A stretch of 63,955 bases of DNA, counting the filler, from Bigelowiella natans CCMP2755 (Eukaryota > Protista > Cercozoa): NCBI GenBank assembly GCA_000320545.1. It is 10 parts of 10 records of this genome, joined end to end, with 100 filler letters (N's around TTAATTAATTAA, not from the genome) between each part and the next. Parts side by side here need not be neighbours in the genome. Positions count along the whole stretch, not along the records: positions 1 to 13,982 come from ADNK01002604.1; positions 14,083 to 26,202 come from ADNK01000242.1; 8 more parts are not named here. One strand, 5' to 3'. This document shows positions 1 through 14,419 of the stretch, piece by piece. The position numbers and the translations under genes were made by a program. Position 1 is the stretch's first letter; the number at the start of each line of letters is the position of its first letter. The notes under the pieces are model-generated. The model ran no database searches, was not told the origin of the DNA, and saw nothing but the letters and a program-made list of their open reading frames with translations.

Positions 1-222
1 TATTTGCTTGCCCCCCCCCCCGCGCCCTTCCTCCCTTCATTCATCATGATCAATCCTCTATAACGCGTAAATGTGCGATGATAAAGGATACCTTCTTTTC
101 TGCTAGAGCCTTCCTCTACCGGGACCTTATTAATGCATACATAATTGGGGAAAGGGGAGGGGGGGTAGCATGACTTCGTGAAGTAGGCATACGACACGCA
201 GGAGCACTCACGCAACTGTGTG

Positions 223-264
<42 letters not shown>

Positions 265-660
265 ATTTGTGCAGTTATAGGTGTCAAGGCAACATTCGCG
301 CATACATGAAAGGCGTATGCCGTCGTCTATATAACAGACACAAACGTTATGTTATTGATAAAGAAACACTGACCATGAGGCGTTTCAAAGAGCAGGAATT
401 GCATACTGAGTAGAATTATTTGACCAACACCACCAATCAGTACCGATGACGACAACGACGAAAGAAGGAAGCAAACAAACAAAAACTTTTCAGTGGAAGT
501 CCTCCCTGTCACCACTAGCACTAATACACACCAAGAATCCCACAGAAACGGCAATGGTGCCGCCTCCTCAGCATCGTGAACCTGCATACAACAAAGTGGG
601 GAGCAAAGGAGGAGGAAGGGAGAGGGGGGGTTTCAAGAACTTATTCATATATGTATATAA

Positions 661-694
<34 letters not shown>

Positions 695-1744
695 CTTCTA
701 GACGCGTATTCACAAGGTTGACACACACGCACACACCACCTTCTCGAGCAGATATTGCATTCCGTGGAAGAATGATCTGACTCCCATACAGGTGCTGGCC
801 CCCCTGTGATGCGACAACCGAAAATTCAAGCAAAACACAACGACGACGACGACGACGACGATGACGCGCATAAGAAACTACCACTACTGCTACTACTACT
901 ACTACTACTACTACTACTGAAAACAAGAATAATTTTGGCCAGGTGTAGCAGCTATCGCTTTCATTGTCGCATTGAGGTCAAATCGACAACTCTATTCCCC
1001 CCCCCCTCCCCCTCTCTAATCTCAGGAGCGAAATCACGAGCGTTCTCACAGCATTGTGATACAGAGGCAAAGAGACTGAAATGGAATAGGGGAAAGATAG
1101 GGCTGTTGCTACCTTGAAATTGGGATCCCAACCTAGAGCCTCTTCGTCTGATAGGGGGGGGGGAGGGGGGTTACGAAGGGGACATTATATCAGCCTAGCA
1201 TGCCATATAAGCCATTACTTATCCTCATCATCGTCATCATCATCAGTATCATTTATTCCTTCATGCGCAAGCTGTTATTCTGCATACAGCTTCTGTTGGT
1301 AGATTTGTCTAGGAAGATGATGATGATGAAGAAAATTGTTGTCGTCGTCGTCGTCGTCATAGTTGGAGAACAAATAATTGTGCGTGTATTTTGTGGCGTG
1401 TGTGTGTCCCCGCGCGCGCGCGATTTGATGCATGTGTTAAGTAAGTGAATATAAACGCATTTGCGAGAAATTCCCCAATAATTATCAAAAGTCGAGTGAG
1501 GAGCCAAATGCACCAATCAAATGAGATGATGGCGACAGCACCCCATGCACACAGACAGACAGGCACGCACGACAGGGAGAGGGAGAGGGAGAGGGAGAGG
1601 GAGAGGGAGAGGGAGGGAGAGAGTAGCAATGGATTCTCACTTCGTCTCGCACACACACGTAATACATATAATTTATGAAGCCGTTCTTTTCTCACCCTAC
1701 GATAGTCTCTTTGAGAGCCTCTATCTGCACGTTGATGGCCTAGA

Positions 1745-1795
<51 letters not shown>

Positions 1796-2082
1796 ATATA
1801 TATATCATCATTATTTCATTCCGATTCGAAGGAAACAGAGCAAGGAGTAGTGATGGTAGAAGCAGGAGGAGGGAAAGGAGGAGGAAGAGTGCTGTACTGT
1901 ATCGAAACAAGCACGAAACAAAACGGGAAAATGCACCAATTCATCGAGACATTTACTGACGCGCATCTTTGTTGGGTTGGAAGAGTGCTTAGTATTAGAC
2001 CGTGATAGGGCAGCAGAATCATCATGAGTAAGTACCTTCATCCACTCTATCTTCTCCGACGGGTCTTTGGCCTGTATGATAA

Positions 2083-2123
<41 letters not shown>

Positions 2124-3352
2124 GCATTATATCATGTAGCAGAGGGGAAGACACTTTATGACGAGGAGGAAGAAGAGGATAAGGCCTCCATAGTGTCCCC
2201 CCCCCCCCCCCTCTCCCTCTTCACCCAACAAACAGCTGTGGTGCCGGATGAAAATCCTTGGAAAGCAATTTTTAAAATAGAGACATTGAATTCCAATATT
2301 CTCCTCGTCTTTCAACGCCGTCAGCTATTCATTCCTGCCGCCGTTGTTGTTGTTGTTGTTGGTTCTTTTCGCTCTCATTATTTGCGCATGTATGTCTATC
2401 CCATGCTGCTGTGTTTTGCGACTACTGACCATAACCACGAACGACTTTGCAGCGGAGACGATTTGAAAGCTGATTGGTAATTCGGGTGAGAATGCCATTA
2501 GAAGGATGCCGTACATTTCACACCCCCCCCCCCCCCCCCCCCTCCCCACACACACACACGCACGATCGTTAGATCATCTCCCATCACATGATAGCCCACA
2601 TGCTTCCTCGCCTTCGCTCATGATTACCAGTTTTTTTCCGGGGCTTCCTTTCCTGATTTAGCCGGCTGCAGTTCGTAAAGGCCGCCCATTTTAGAGCAGG
2701 GGGGGGGGAGGAGTGGGTGGGGAGCGGGGGTATAATTTTTGTTAGTCGGCGCACCAGTCGCAGATGAAACAGTTGTGTCAATGCTGGTGTTTGTTGGCTG
2801 TAAAGTACATCTCATCTTGCTACTGCTGCTGCTGCTGCTAACCTTGTCCGGCAGATCTTGTACTAGGAAGGAGTTGTTAATCTCGATTTTCCGGTGCATC
2901 TTATAACACGCGTAACACCGCAGCAAACATTAGTAAGGAGAAGTTTACAGTGTTGCTCTCCCTGGATTTTGTTTCAATCGCAACAAGGGTGCACATCACA
3001 TCTTCATGATGATGTGTGACTTGCATGGTGTTGTTGTCGTCGTTGAGAGAGCAATCGAGACGTATTACACGACTACCGCTAAACCACCACTATCATCACC
3101 TTCAGCTTCCCGAAACCAGAGGCCGAGGCGTAAACCAGAAGATTGTTGAAGAGGAAGAATTCGTATGTGCGATTCGATGCTCGGCACTAGTAATGGTGAT
3201 GACGATGACGACGGACGACGACAACGAGGAGAATCATGACTTAGAGGGGTGGAATTTAGGTGATAATCGTGAGAGGGGGAGGAGGAAGATGGCACAGACA
3301 GAAGAATAGCATGCCTTATTTTTCCACAGAAAAGGGAGGAATGTAATCCAGT

Positions 3353-3407
<55 letters not shown>

Positions 3408-4176
3408 AGAGAGAGAGAGAGGAGAAGGCGAGGAGGGGGAGAAGATGAGGTGTCATCATATGTACTTTAGCATATCACCACCTTTTTGACGAGCGGTCCA
3501 TGGCGTATGAAGACGCGTGTGGGATGCACCAAAGCGACTGATCCTCCGAAAAGGTTCTCCAACTCTAATATCTTCTCGCGATTTTTGTTACGTGTCACCT
3601 AAATAAGTAGGGTTGTGTCAATACAGCACTACTTACTCTTTAGTGTTGCGAAAACTAGAACAAGTGACTCGTGTTATGTAGCTGGGATTGCACATACAAA
3701 GGAGGTGGTGGCAAACACTCCATTATTGTGACGCATCTTCTCAAACGCTAATCATGTTTGTCTCATCGATGATCCACTTAACAACCCACCTCTTCGTTGA
3801 TATGCTTAGCAACCTTGGCGATGGCCTCAGTAGCCTGGGAGAGAGGAGGGGGGGGGGAGGAGGAGGAGGAGGAGGAGATGTGAATGCCGTTAGATCACAT
3901 TATAAATGGGACTGCTTTATGAAATCTACACATCATTTGATGACTCCTCTCGGTGACCTTTGTCAAGTCTGGTAGATCAGAATGACCCTCTTCCGTGTTC
4001 TTAATCACCTGGTAATTCACCAGGACGACAGGTAAGAGGAGGGGAATTGGATGCGTACGGCAAGTGCATTTTTATGGATGTGGTGACCAAGTTGTGCTTC
4101 TTCTCCGCAATTTTCGAGGAGGACAAAGGCATGACATGCTCCTAGCTATTTCATACGTGTGAATGCGTTCAGAATT

Positions 4177-4211
<35 letters not shown>

Positions 4212-4930
4212 TGTGGTATGCAACAAAATGAAATGGGCTGTTATTATTCATTTGGGAGAGGCGCACTTCTTCCAGGAGCATTTTATATCGAGGAATCCTT
4301 TGAATCGGCATGATGAGGAATGACTCGACTGACGGCTGCTTGCACTCGTCCTGTGCGTGTATCATATCGTATCGACGTAGTCGCCCACCCCCATCACCAA
4401 ACCACGAAATTAACAGGAGCATCAGACCCCAAATCAAAATGTGCTTCTTCAAGATGAAATGCTGGGATCATGGAAGCTCGAGTTCATGTCAATAGCGCTT
4501 CGTCACAATGAAGGCAAGAATCATCCTAATCATTATCACCATCATGATAGTCACTATCACTAATAAGCGCACCTTTTGTAATGCATGAGTCAGAAACTCT
4601 TCAAATCGCGGAGTCCTGAGGTAGTATGTAAACTTAAGCAATGAAATTCTCGCCAAAGATGTGTGACAGGCGAAGGATTCTTGTGTTTACTAAAATAAGG
4701 TCACAGGAACATATCACATTGTTCTCACTTTCATTATCGATCCAATTATGATATTCCGCAATACTATGTTTGTGTGAGGGTGTTTTTACCTCCGAATTTC
4801 CTCCCTCTTCCCTCCCCCTCCCTTCCCCTCCCACTACATTCTTTTGTCGCGTATTATTACTTTTGTGTTTTAAGAAACTGGACCGCCTTGTCGTAGTTAT
4901 TAACGTACATTGTGTACATCTGTGTAGCGC

Positions 4931-4968
<38 letters not shown>

Positions 4969-5961
4969 AAGTGTCAGAAAAAAAAAAAGCGAAAATATTG
5001 AACATGCAGGAAATCTTATGTAGTGTGCAGGTGTGTGCGAATCAGATTGTAACGGCACTGTATGGACGATGGACTGTCGCTCGATCAGAATTCCATTTCT
5101 TGAATAGCCAACTACGCACCTTGAAAAACTGCGAAAAATCCAGGAATGTTTTGCCAATGTCCGTTTTCTGTTTTTCCAGTATGAAGTAAGAGTAAGCTGC
5201 TGCTCGAAAGGCGCGGGAGTAAGTGTGTGGTGTTTTTCCGTCAATTGTGTAAATACCAAAATCAACGGTCGGCTGATAATTAATAGTGGGGATAAAAATA
5301 TACATGTGTGATAACGTACTAATTCCGTCCCTTTCTCCATGTCCTTACTCAGATTTTCCATAAACGTACTGTTTAGCTGCGTAAGGAGCTGGATACAGAT
5401 GGCACGCCCATCCGCCCAGCCACCCACACACACACACGTATAATAAATATGTTATTATCAATACCAAAGTGGTGTGTGTGTGTTATATGCAGGTGGCGGT
5501 GTTTTTGAGTTTATGCGTTGATTTTCGATGGCAGGTTTCTATGCGGAGTTTCAGATCGCCTTTACTAATGAAAAAGTCATTTGGATCATACCTCAATGTT
5601 GGAGAAGACCGTCGCTATGTCCTCGAACGAGAGGATTTCCTGAGAGGGGGCACAGAGGCATGTACAAGAAATGATGTCGCGCAATAAAACCTCGGAAGTA
5701 ACGCTGCTATCCTCTCTCATTTCCGCCTCACCATCAAACTACCCGCAGTTAACATAATCTAATTTTCTTCATCCGAACCTCTCTGGGTTCCTTTGCCAAC
5801 GTTTTGAGGGGAAAGATGAAGAGGTTGCACACGGTCGTAAGGCTATCTACATAGGACTTCTCCGAAGAGAGAATTTCCTCGATCGCGCGCTTCCGAACGC
5901 GTTTACGCTTTGCCATTTTCTCCGCCATCTTGGCTTGTGCAGCTGCCGCTTCCTCGGCCAT
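1..5961 (-). CDS. Multi-exon RhoGEF with DH-PH-FYVE architecture (FGD/frabin-like); 3' end runs off the window
   Basis: About 20 GT-AG exons read manually. DH: RAIEEILSSEKSYVDSL / EILSFEDIATVFSNIE / KTDIGKTFLDFSQFFK / MYTMYVNNYDKAV / VESFLIMPIQRIPRYKMLLEE / AKHINEE. PH: HPTRVFIRHGPLVKK / YEFFLFNNLLVYA / FQIVSAAKSFVV / AKDPSEKIEWMK. FYVE: APVWESDHSSTECNICSR (~740-800), FTMLRRRHHCRFCG (~535-580), VCNSCS (~375-405). ATG at 5961. Confidence 0.9.
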
Positions 5962-7345
5962 TGCTGCTCAACTAGCTGAGGCTACACGAGATTCGTGCTT
6001 TTTGCTCCACTTCAGCTACCGACCTGAAAGCAAACAAACAGGTTGACGGTAGGTCTTTGCCGAGAGAGGATCATAAGCAAATTGATAAATTGTGGCAATG
6101 GGGTTCAAGATAATGCCAAGAATGAAATGCGAATGGAGGAATCGGATCCCAACAGCATTCTTTATTCTTTGAACACCCATTTCTACTTGCAAGTATTGAC
6201 CACTTAACCAAAAATAGCCATTTAAAAGTGAGCAAATAACTAAGCCTTAAGGGTCATCACGAAATCCTATTTAAAACTCAAATAGTCTGGTCGAATTCTA
6301 TCCCTCCCATTCACAGCATGAAGCCTTGCCTTGAGAACCTCTGCTCTCCCCGAATTTCAGCAATAGGCTTCGGTGAGACAGCAGTTGCACCGTACGTTTC
6401 CACCTGTATTTTTCTCAACGACAATACATGCCTCATGTCGAACATACTTAATCTATTCTATTTTGTATAGCTTGTGGCGTCTTTCGGGGCGTTTATACTA
6501 TGAGGGCCTCCATTTTATGTTCTGTGGCATGAGGAACTCAGAACGTAGGACGTTTGTCATTTGTGACAGGCCAATTCTGCTTCTGTTTGGCTGTAGGGCC
6601 TGTATTTTTTGTTGCAGTTATCGACCTGTAAAAAATAACATTTGGGGATGTCGCACAACAAAAATATCATTCCAAAGAAATCATAGGACTCGAGCTTGAT
6701 GTGCTTGTGGAAATGAGGAGGGAATAAGGTGATTTTCCATATAGCCTGACGTTCGAAGGAAAGTACGTGCGTTTGGAAGTAAACGGAAGAAAGCTGAACA
6801 CCGAGGATGTTCGTCAATGTTTAAGATACAAAAGACTAAAAATGTTGCTGGTATGCCTGCAGAACATTCCTCTCGGTGTGCATTTACCGCAGAATACTAT
6901 GAACACATTCCATTTCGGGCAGAACCCCAAGCAAGTTACAATTTTCAGGAAACCTTTTCAGCTGGAGCATGTCATAATCCAGAATAAGATTTCACAAAGC
7001 GCTATGGGATCCATAATATGTGTTTACGACATAGAGATGACGCATTTAAGCAATTAACTACAGCGCAATAGATTGTAAAAACAATTTGAATAGTAAGTCG
7101 GGGTTTTGCACGGACCATCTCAACATCCAAAAAGCTCAATGGCATATTTTCCGTGGTCGTAGGAACCAGTAAAGCGAAAGTGGCCTTTGTTTCAATTGAT
7201 AGGGTGTTATCATTGTGAAATAATTGAGAAATTCGACGGCGACTCGACATAGCCGAAAAGTTTATCACGTTCGGTGCTGGTCGATAATAAAGTATGAAGC
7301 AAGTGAACACAACAAAACAATTGGGGCACCCAGAACGGACACCAA

Positions 7346-7498
7346 ATGGGAGCCATCGCCTCGCGCATTAGGAAGCGGAAGAAGAAACATACTGCACGCC
7401 GTGAAGGCAAGGCTGGTATAACTTCTTTTTAAAATCTCATCACCGTGCTTTCATTAGCATCTCTATTTGTACTCAGGGTGGAAAGATTGCATGCATAT

Positions 7499-7550
<52 letters not shown>

Positions 7551-8935
7551 TGTAAATGTTTACGTACATGTGCATACTGTGTTCGATATTATAGAATATG
7601 AAGGACAGAAGAGGGATTCGTCATCAGGTTACGATGTTTCAGGCCTCGAAAAGGTACGAATTCGTTTTTTTCCAACAATATTTTTGATTAATTTGACCTG
7701 TAAGCCGCATGGAACTCCTAATTGATTTGCCACTCAGATGGCTTAAATGTTTTTGCGTCTTCCTTTCTTGTTGCCCACATATAGTGATAACCTATTCAAA
7801 ATTCTATCGTTTGCAGGAGCGCAAATGCAAGTATCCGGGATATTGCCGCTCCTCCGAGAGGCACTTCGTGAGAACGAAGATCGATGGCATCGATTTTTAT
7901 CACGATTCTCGATACACATTGATGCGGTTGTTGGGTTCCGGGGCATATGGGCAGGTTGCGTCTGCACGGGATTGTGTAACAGGGAGGAAAGTTGCAGTGA
8001 AACGTTTGGACCGTCTCCTTGATGATCCGATTGATGCAAAGCGGATTCTACGCGAGATTAAGATCTTGCGGCATCTTAAAAGCCATGGAAACATCGTGAA
8101 GCTTGTCGATATTTTTATTGAACCTAGTGAGAAATTCAACTGTCTCTATATTGTATTCGAGCTGATGCGATCAGATCTGCGCAAGATCATCCAATCCAAG
8201 AACAAGCTTGAGAAGCTCCACCATCAATACATGACGTACCAGTTGCTCTGTGGGATAAAATACATGCATTCAGCAAACATTTGGCACCGAGACCTCAAGC
8301 CAGCCAATCTCTTGGTGAACGCGAACTCCAAACTAAAGATCTGTGACTTCGGTCTAGCTCGAGGATTCGACGAGAGATTCGACGAGGAGGAGGTCACCGA
8401 CTACGTTGTGACGCGATGGTACCGCGCCCCAGAGATAATGGTGTGTGACACTTATAATGAAAAGATTGATGTCTGGGCCGTTGGATGTATTCTTGCGGAA
8501 CTATACAAGCGCAAGCCTGTTTTCCGTGGTGTTGACTCCAGAGACCAAGTGACCAAATACCTCAGGCTACTCGGCACTCCAAAGCCTGAAGATCTAGCTT
8601 TTATCACAAACAATCATGCCAAACGTTTCGTACGGAGTCAGATTATCAGGAAGAATATACCCACATCCAGCCAATTATCGTTTATCGCCCAGGATATTCC
8701 AGAGGACGCCCTGGACCTTATGACCAAGATGCTCGAGTTCAACCCTGAGAAGCGCATCAGCATCGATGAGGCGCTTGCCCACCCTTTCTACAATCGGGTC
8801 CGCAAGAAAAAACACGAGATTATTTGCGAGGAAAAATTCAACTACAGCTTTGAGCAGCGGCTGAATTCAGAGAATGCCCTTAGAAGAGAATTTCTCATAG
8901 AGGCCAGGAAGTTTGATGTGCAGTCTCCGATATAG
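7346..8935 (+). CDS. Mitogen-activated protein kinase (TDY activation motif), join(7346..7415,7595..7653,7817..8935), about 415 aa
   Basis: Kinase motifs GSGAYG, VAVK, HRDLKPANLL, DFGLAR, TDYVVTRWYRAPE. Two GT-AG introns with matching phases put an MGAIASRIRKRKKK N-terminus in frame with the ORF-track kinase. Confidence 0.93.
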
Positions 8936-9429
8936 AGAAAGGGATAAGACAAAGATAGAAGAGTAGTTGCTCGTAGAACCATTTCAATTTTAGTCTTCAT
9001 TGATTCTAGTTTACCTTTTCGCTCTCACCTTATCCCATCACTCTCTTCCATTGACATTTGTTTTGATTTTTACACGTTACTACAGCTTTCGCCCCCCAAC
9101 AGAGCGAGAGTAGATGATATTGATAACGATAGATGCGGCAACGTGCATTTTAATTCCACAGCAAGTATTAATTTGTTCATGGGGTCACCACTATCTACGC
9201 AACCATAATAGCGCAATCCATAATGCATACTAGTTGACCACAGCAGATCTGGCCGCAATCGAATCATAGACAATGCATAAAACTTTGACGGTCATTATTT
9301 TACTATTTGCCAATTGCCTCGATTTACGCAGTGCATTGAAATTGCGTATAAATGCATGCGCCTTGTTTGAAAAGGGAGGGCGATGGAATCATCTCATATA
9401 TCTGCACATATTAGTTTACAACGCTCACT

Positions 9430-10170
9430 ATAACCTCCATATCGAGCACAGTACGTAGCTAAAGCGCCAGGCGCTGTCGTTACACACACTGTTGCCACAT
9501 GCATAGCGCCTGCGTTGCGAATGTAGTCTTAGCCTCATTGGAGTTTCATTGACACAATGCTGTTCTGTAGCCTCTCAGGCCATGTAGCGTACGCACCATC
9601 GAACACATGTAGTTGAACACATCTGTTCTTTGACTACACACAGTCTTCACACAATGCATGTGTTTTTACCCACACGCACACCAAAGTGCAAAGCACATGC
9701 ACGTGTTGACAAGCACATATGTGCTGAACAACACATGTTGTCAAGTGCACACAAGTTCATTCACACATGCATGGTAATGGAACATGTGTCATGACCCTGT
9801 GTGCGCTCTGTGTAGCCCTTTGGGCTGTGCACTGTGCACAGTGCAACATGTCAGCATTCCTCGTAAGAACCCTGCTGCATGCAACTGCAGTCACCTGGGA
9901 CCGATTGCATCGCAATATTGAGACAGAACCTGCTGACGCTTGCATGCTAGCATGCTACACTAGCAATGCTGGGAAAACAGACATGCGCGTGTCACAGTGC
10001 ATGGATCTCTCGTGAAAACATGAACTCGGCCATCATGCATGTGCAGCGTGTGTTCTCTGCGCGCATGCGATTTTTGTTTTCACACACAAACACGTCTCTA
10101 AATAAAAAGAAGTTGCGCAAGTGCACTCGATCTAGCGATGAGACTGAACTATGCTAGCATGGCTTGAAGT
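9430..10170. mobile_element. Degenerate CA/TG-saturated tract, probable dead repeat or transposon remnant
   Basis: Abrupt switch to catg/tgca/caca/tgtg-rich, TA-poor sequence between two convergent genes. ORFs here are abnormally Cys/His/Met-rich. Family not identifiable. Confidence 0.5.
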
Positions 10171-10429
10171 AAGATTCGAAGACTAAGTTCTTTTCAGCGC
10201 GATTTTCAAAAAACAAATAAATTTACGGTACGATTTTGGCCACTAAGCTCTAGAACAAAACTTTGGCAGACCTCTTGGAATGAGGTAGGATGAATAGTTG
10301 AGAGGGCCCCGTGCAGTGTTTCATTCTATGTTGTTCATTCTTCCCATTACATCATAGATCTCCTGAATTATATCAATGGTTCATTCACCACCGCCGCCGC
10401 ATTAGGGGACATTGGGGCACGAGGGTCTT

Positions 10430-11291
10430 TTACGACTTGCACTGGTACTGCGCTTGGTTTGAGTTTGCTGCTCCGCCGCTTTGCCTCTTTCTTTTCAGTT
10501 TTCATCTTTTTCAGCAGATTCATATACAGAGGTTTTTCGGCTTTGAGGCCCCCTTTGAAGTCCTGATAGGCCTTCTTGTAGTCGAAACGATTCGAAGGGT
10601 GGTAGCTGCAAAACGTCGGAAACCGTTAATAACAACAGCAAAAACACCAAGGACGACGAATACGACGACAACGACGGGATCGGCAAAAGATGACAGGAAA
10701 AATACAGTCATTAGGAAGAACTTCCATTCACGATCATGGGGAGATGAACTTGGATAGAGGGACAGATGGGAGCTTGCGCTCCTCCATAATTCGAGGATAC
10801 ATACACTCTTCAGGAAATTAACATGAACAGGCAGCATCCTTTTGCATTTCTTATATAATTACGTTTCAAAGGGCGATCGAATCTTCCTTATGGCTTTAAG
10901 TAAATCAAAGTTCTTTTCCGGCATTCTTTGCACCATGTTGAGGCTCGAGAGACATTCAGTAGAACACATAGGAAAGTAGCGGTATAAAAGGCTGAGAACT
11001 CCAATCACGAGGCCAAGAAGCATTGGCAAGAACATAAGGAACGTGTTCCAATAGCCAACTCCAGTGAATATAGAAATATTATCCGTGCCAGATGATGATG
11101 CATCAAGGGTGTACGAGTCCATGTATCTAAGAATGACGATAATAATTAGTTTGTTCTTACTTTCGCCCTCCTAGGGGCCTTCTATTTGGTCTTTGTCACG
11201 TTCGAGTCGGGTCGCAGGGTAACAAACAATAGAACACTTTCGGGATTTTCATTGGGGAATAAGTACTAAAATGAGAGTACAAGAGAAGGAG

Positions 11292-11340
<49 letters not shown>

Positions 11341-11696
11341 CAAATCAAATAGTTTGGAGTTGGTGGCATCCTAATCTATCTATCTAAATATCTGTCTCTT
11401 ATACGTTCGCGTGGAGAGGATCAAGTAGGAGACTGCCAGATGGAACACGCATGCATTCTTGAGGTAGCTGATCGCACGATTAGACACAACCAAGTCGTAC
11501 ACGGGAGGGTACCTAAGCACAACAATGCATTTAAAAGTTGTTGAGCAAGTAGACAAAGAGATATATAGAGAGGGAAAGGGTAAAAGTTAGAGAGGGGGAG
11601 GGGGAGGGGGAGGGGGGAAGAGGAAAATGCGGGGAAAGAGTAAAATTGAGGAAAGGGGGATATATGAAGGTATACGATATTTCTCATCTCAAGCTT

Positions 11697-11727
<31 letters not shown>

Positions 11728-13118
11728 GAGAAGGAGAAGGGATAAAGGCAGACCGATAGTGGCGTAGCAGCGCGTATCTTTCCACCAGGTATGTTATGCC
11801 AAAACTCAAAGAAACAACCAAGTACATGAATGGTATGCCTAATAGTTGTATTAGTCAGTTGTGCCCAACAAACATATTATGTGAGTGCATGAGTGCAAAT
11901 AGAAGGAAAGTGATACGTGTGTATGGAGAAAGGTGGGCGGGTGTGCGATTGTGAGTGTGTCGTATACTTGGGGAAACATGAATCATGTAGCAAACTATGC
12001 CAAAAGCGAAAACCCAGCCCAGCCCAGCCCTGCCCTCTTACATCAGGAAATGCACCCGCACATTGCGGATTTTCGAACGAAAAACAAAATGCACACATTG
12101 TGTCCTACGGCAAGATATTCACGCCGTTTCTCAGGACAGACATGAACCAACAATCTTTTGTGTGGCGTGGGTAGGAGGAGAATCACCGATGGAATACGTG
12201 AGGGCAGTGAAGACCGTACTGAGAATGTACGCATACTTCGTTCCCAAGTCGATATCGCGCGCCTCATAAATGTCGTTCAACTCTGTTTGGGTCAGCCGGC
12301 TGATGTTGCAACGCCCCGCGGCTCTCCGACAGCTCAGATAAAGCATATCCAACAACGGAAAGCACCCCACCGAAGCGATCTGCATGAACAGCCCGGCGGT
12401 GATTGTGAACCCGATGGAGGCATACCTTGCAAAGAGGCGCAAGTACACATAGGTCAGAGTGCGGGCTATCGTATACGCGAACTTCGCTCAGAATCATTTC
12501 GCAGCAGAAGCTCTGAGCGGTGTACGACGAAACGGCATGGAAGATTCCAAGACGCTGAATAATCAAACATGATGTGGAAACAAATCGTATTCTGAAACCC
12601 TCCCCTTACCCCGATTCCCATATCATCTGTCCGCTCACCAGTCAGGGTCAAACTCCTTGTATTTCCCCGCAAACCAGATGGGGAAGCCAGCAAGGCCCAT
12701 GAGATCGAGGTTTACAATCGTCAACAAGATCCCGGATATGACGTAGTAGCCTATGAACAGCCGCACCATGATACTACGCTCCTTCCAGCTCTTTGATCGG
12801 TGCTGCTCGAACGACGCAAGTTGAGGGGCGACATAGCCCATTCCTTTCAAACAATGACGTTCGTGGGGGAGAAGGGAGGGGGGAGGGTTAGCTACAACTT
12901 AATTATCTCTTAGTTGTTCTCTTTTGATGAAAGCTAGTAGGTACTATCAACTAGAGTTAGTGGTGTAACGAACCAACAGACACGCAGGAAGATACGAAGG
13001 CGGATACAATTAGGAGGCCTCCTAGCAACGACTTCTGTTGCAAATAATCCTCGCAGGTGTCGCTGATAAAACACATCGGAAGACTCTTATTCAGTATACA
13101 CATGCGCATGTGAACAAA

Positions 13119-13192
<74 letters not shown>

Positions 13193-13551
13193 GTGTTCGG
13201 ACTGAGAGATGGGAGAACGAGGAAAGACCTTTCTTTGGAGACAAGATCTTGATACTTCAGCTCATAGCAGTAACAGTCGATTTCGGAGGAGGTGGCATTC
13301 CCCGATTTGATGTATGATTCCGAATACTCCGTATCGCAGCTCTAACCAGGTATATTCGCACACAAACACAAACACACACACACACACACACACACGTGAG
13401 CGACACCTCAAAATATACTGATTAGAAGTTTGAACAAACGTACGTATGCAACACGCACGTACATGATCACGTAGGCACGCAGGGAATCCCCCGAAAACCC
13501 CTCACGCCCTCCCTCTTCCCCCTCCCCTTATAGACAGACAGACAGACTAGA

Positions 13552-13593
<42 letters not shown>

Positions 13594-13900
13594 TCTGTTT
13601 CACAACCACGCGCACCAAAAATGCATTATCCATCCTGCATGCTAAAGATGCCTACGGAAACAACGGGCAGACCTCTTGATCGGGCATAGAGCGCTGAAAT
13701 TCTAAGATTCCGAGGATAATTGCAAGGGCGATGGCAAAGAAGATTCCCCAGCAAATGACCGAAAATACGCGCCTCATGCTCAACTCCACATCCGTGTAAT
13801 CCAGAAACTCGTAGTTCATGTTCGAAGGCTCAGGGGCATCACGCACCTTGAGAACCTTGCCTTTGAATCTATGGATGCGACGGAAGCAGCAGGGTGACAT
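10430..13900 (-). CDS. Multi-pass membrane protein of the OSCA/CSC1/TMEM63-anoctamin superfamily; 5' part cut by contig end
   Basis: Exons KVRDAPEPSNMNYEFL followed by a TM helix; FEQHRSKS..IMVRLFIGYYVISGIL; FAGKYKEFDPDW; TQTELNDIYE..DLGTKYAYILSTVFTALTYS; IPFMYLVVSLSFGITYLVERYALLR. Last exon YHPSNRFDYKKAY...CKS* ends at 10430. Confidence 0.72.
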
Positions 13901-13982
13901 TTAGATCACATATATATATATATATATATATATTATTATTATATTCAAATAGCAGAGAGCGCATAAGAGAATGTGCGCACGC

Positions 13983-14082
13983 NNNNNNNNNNNNNNNNNN
14001 NNNNNNNNNNNNNNNNNNNNNNNNNNTTAATTAATTAANNNNNNNNNNNNNNNNNNNNNNNNNNNNNNNNNNNNNNNNNNNN
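13983..14082. other. Artificial contig spacer N44-TTAATTAATTAA-N44
   Basis: Identical six-frame-stop linker occurs nine times in the window. Confidence 0.99.
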
Positions 14083-14345
<263 letters not shown>

Positions 14346-14419
14346 TATAATATGATTTAACTACATATCCACATACATCATATTTTAGTGATATTTGAAA
14401 CATTGTTTGACTCCACAAA

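Noticed and set aside
7709-7816. ORF-track N-terminus of the MAPK (MELLIDLP...)
   Set aside because: Lies inside the GT-AG intron 7654-7816; the spliced model gives a better N-terminus.
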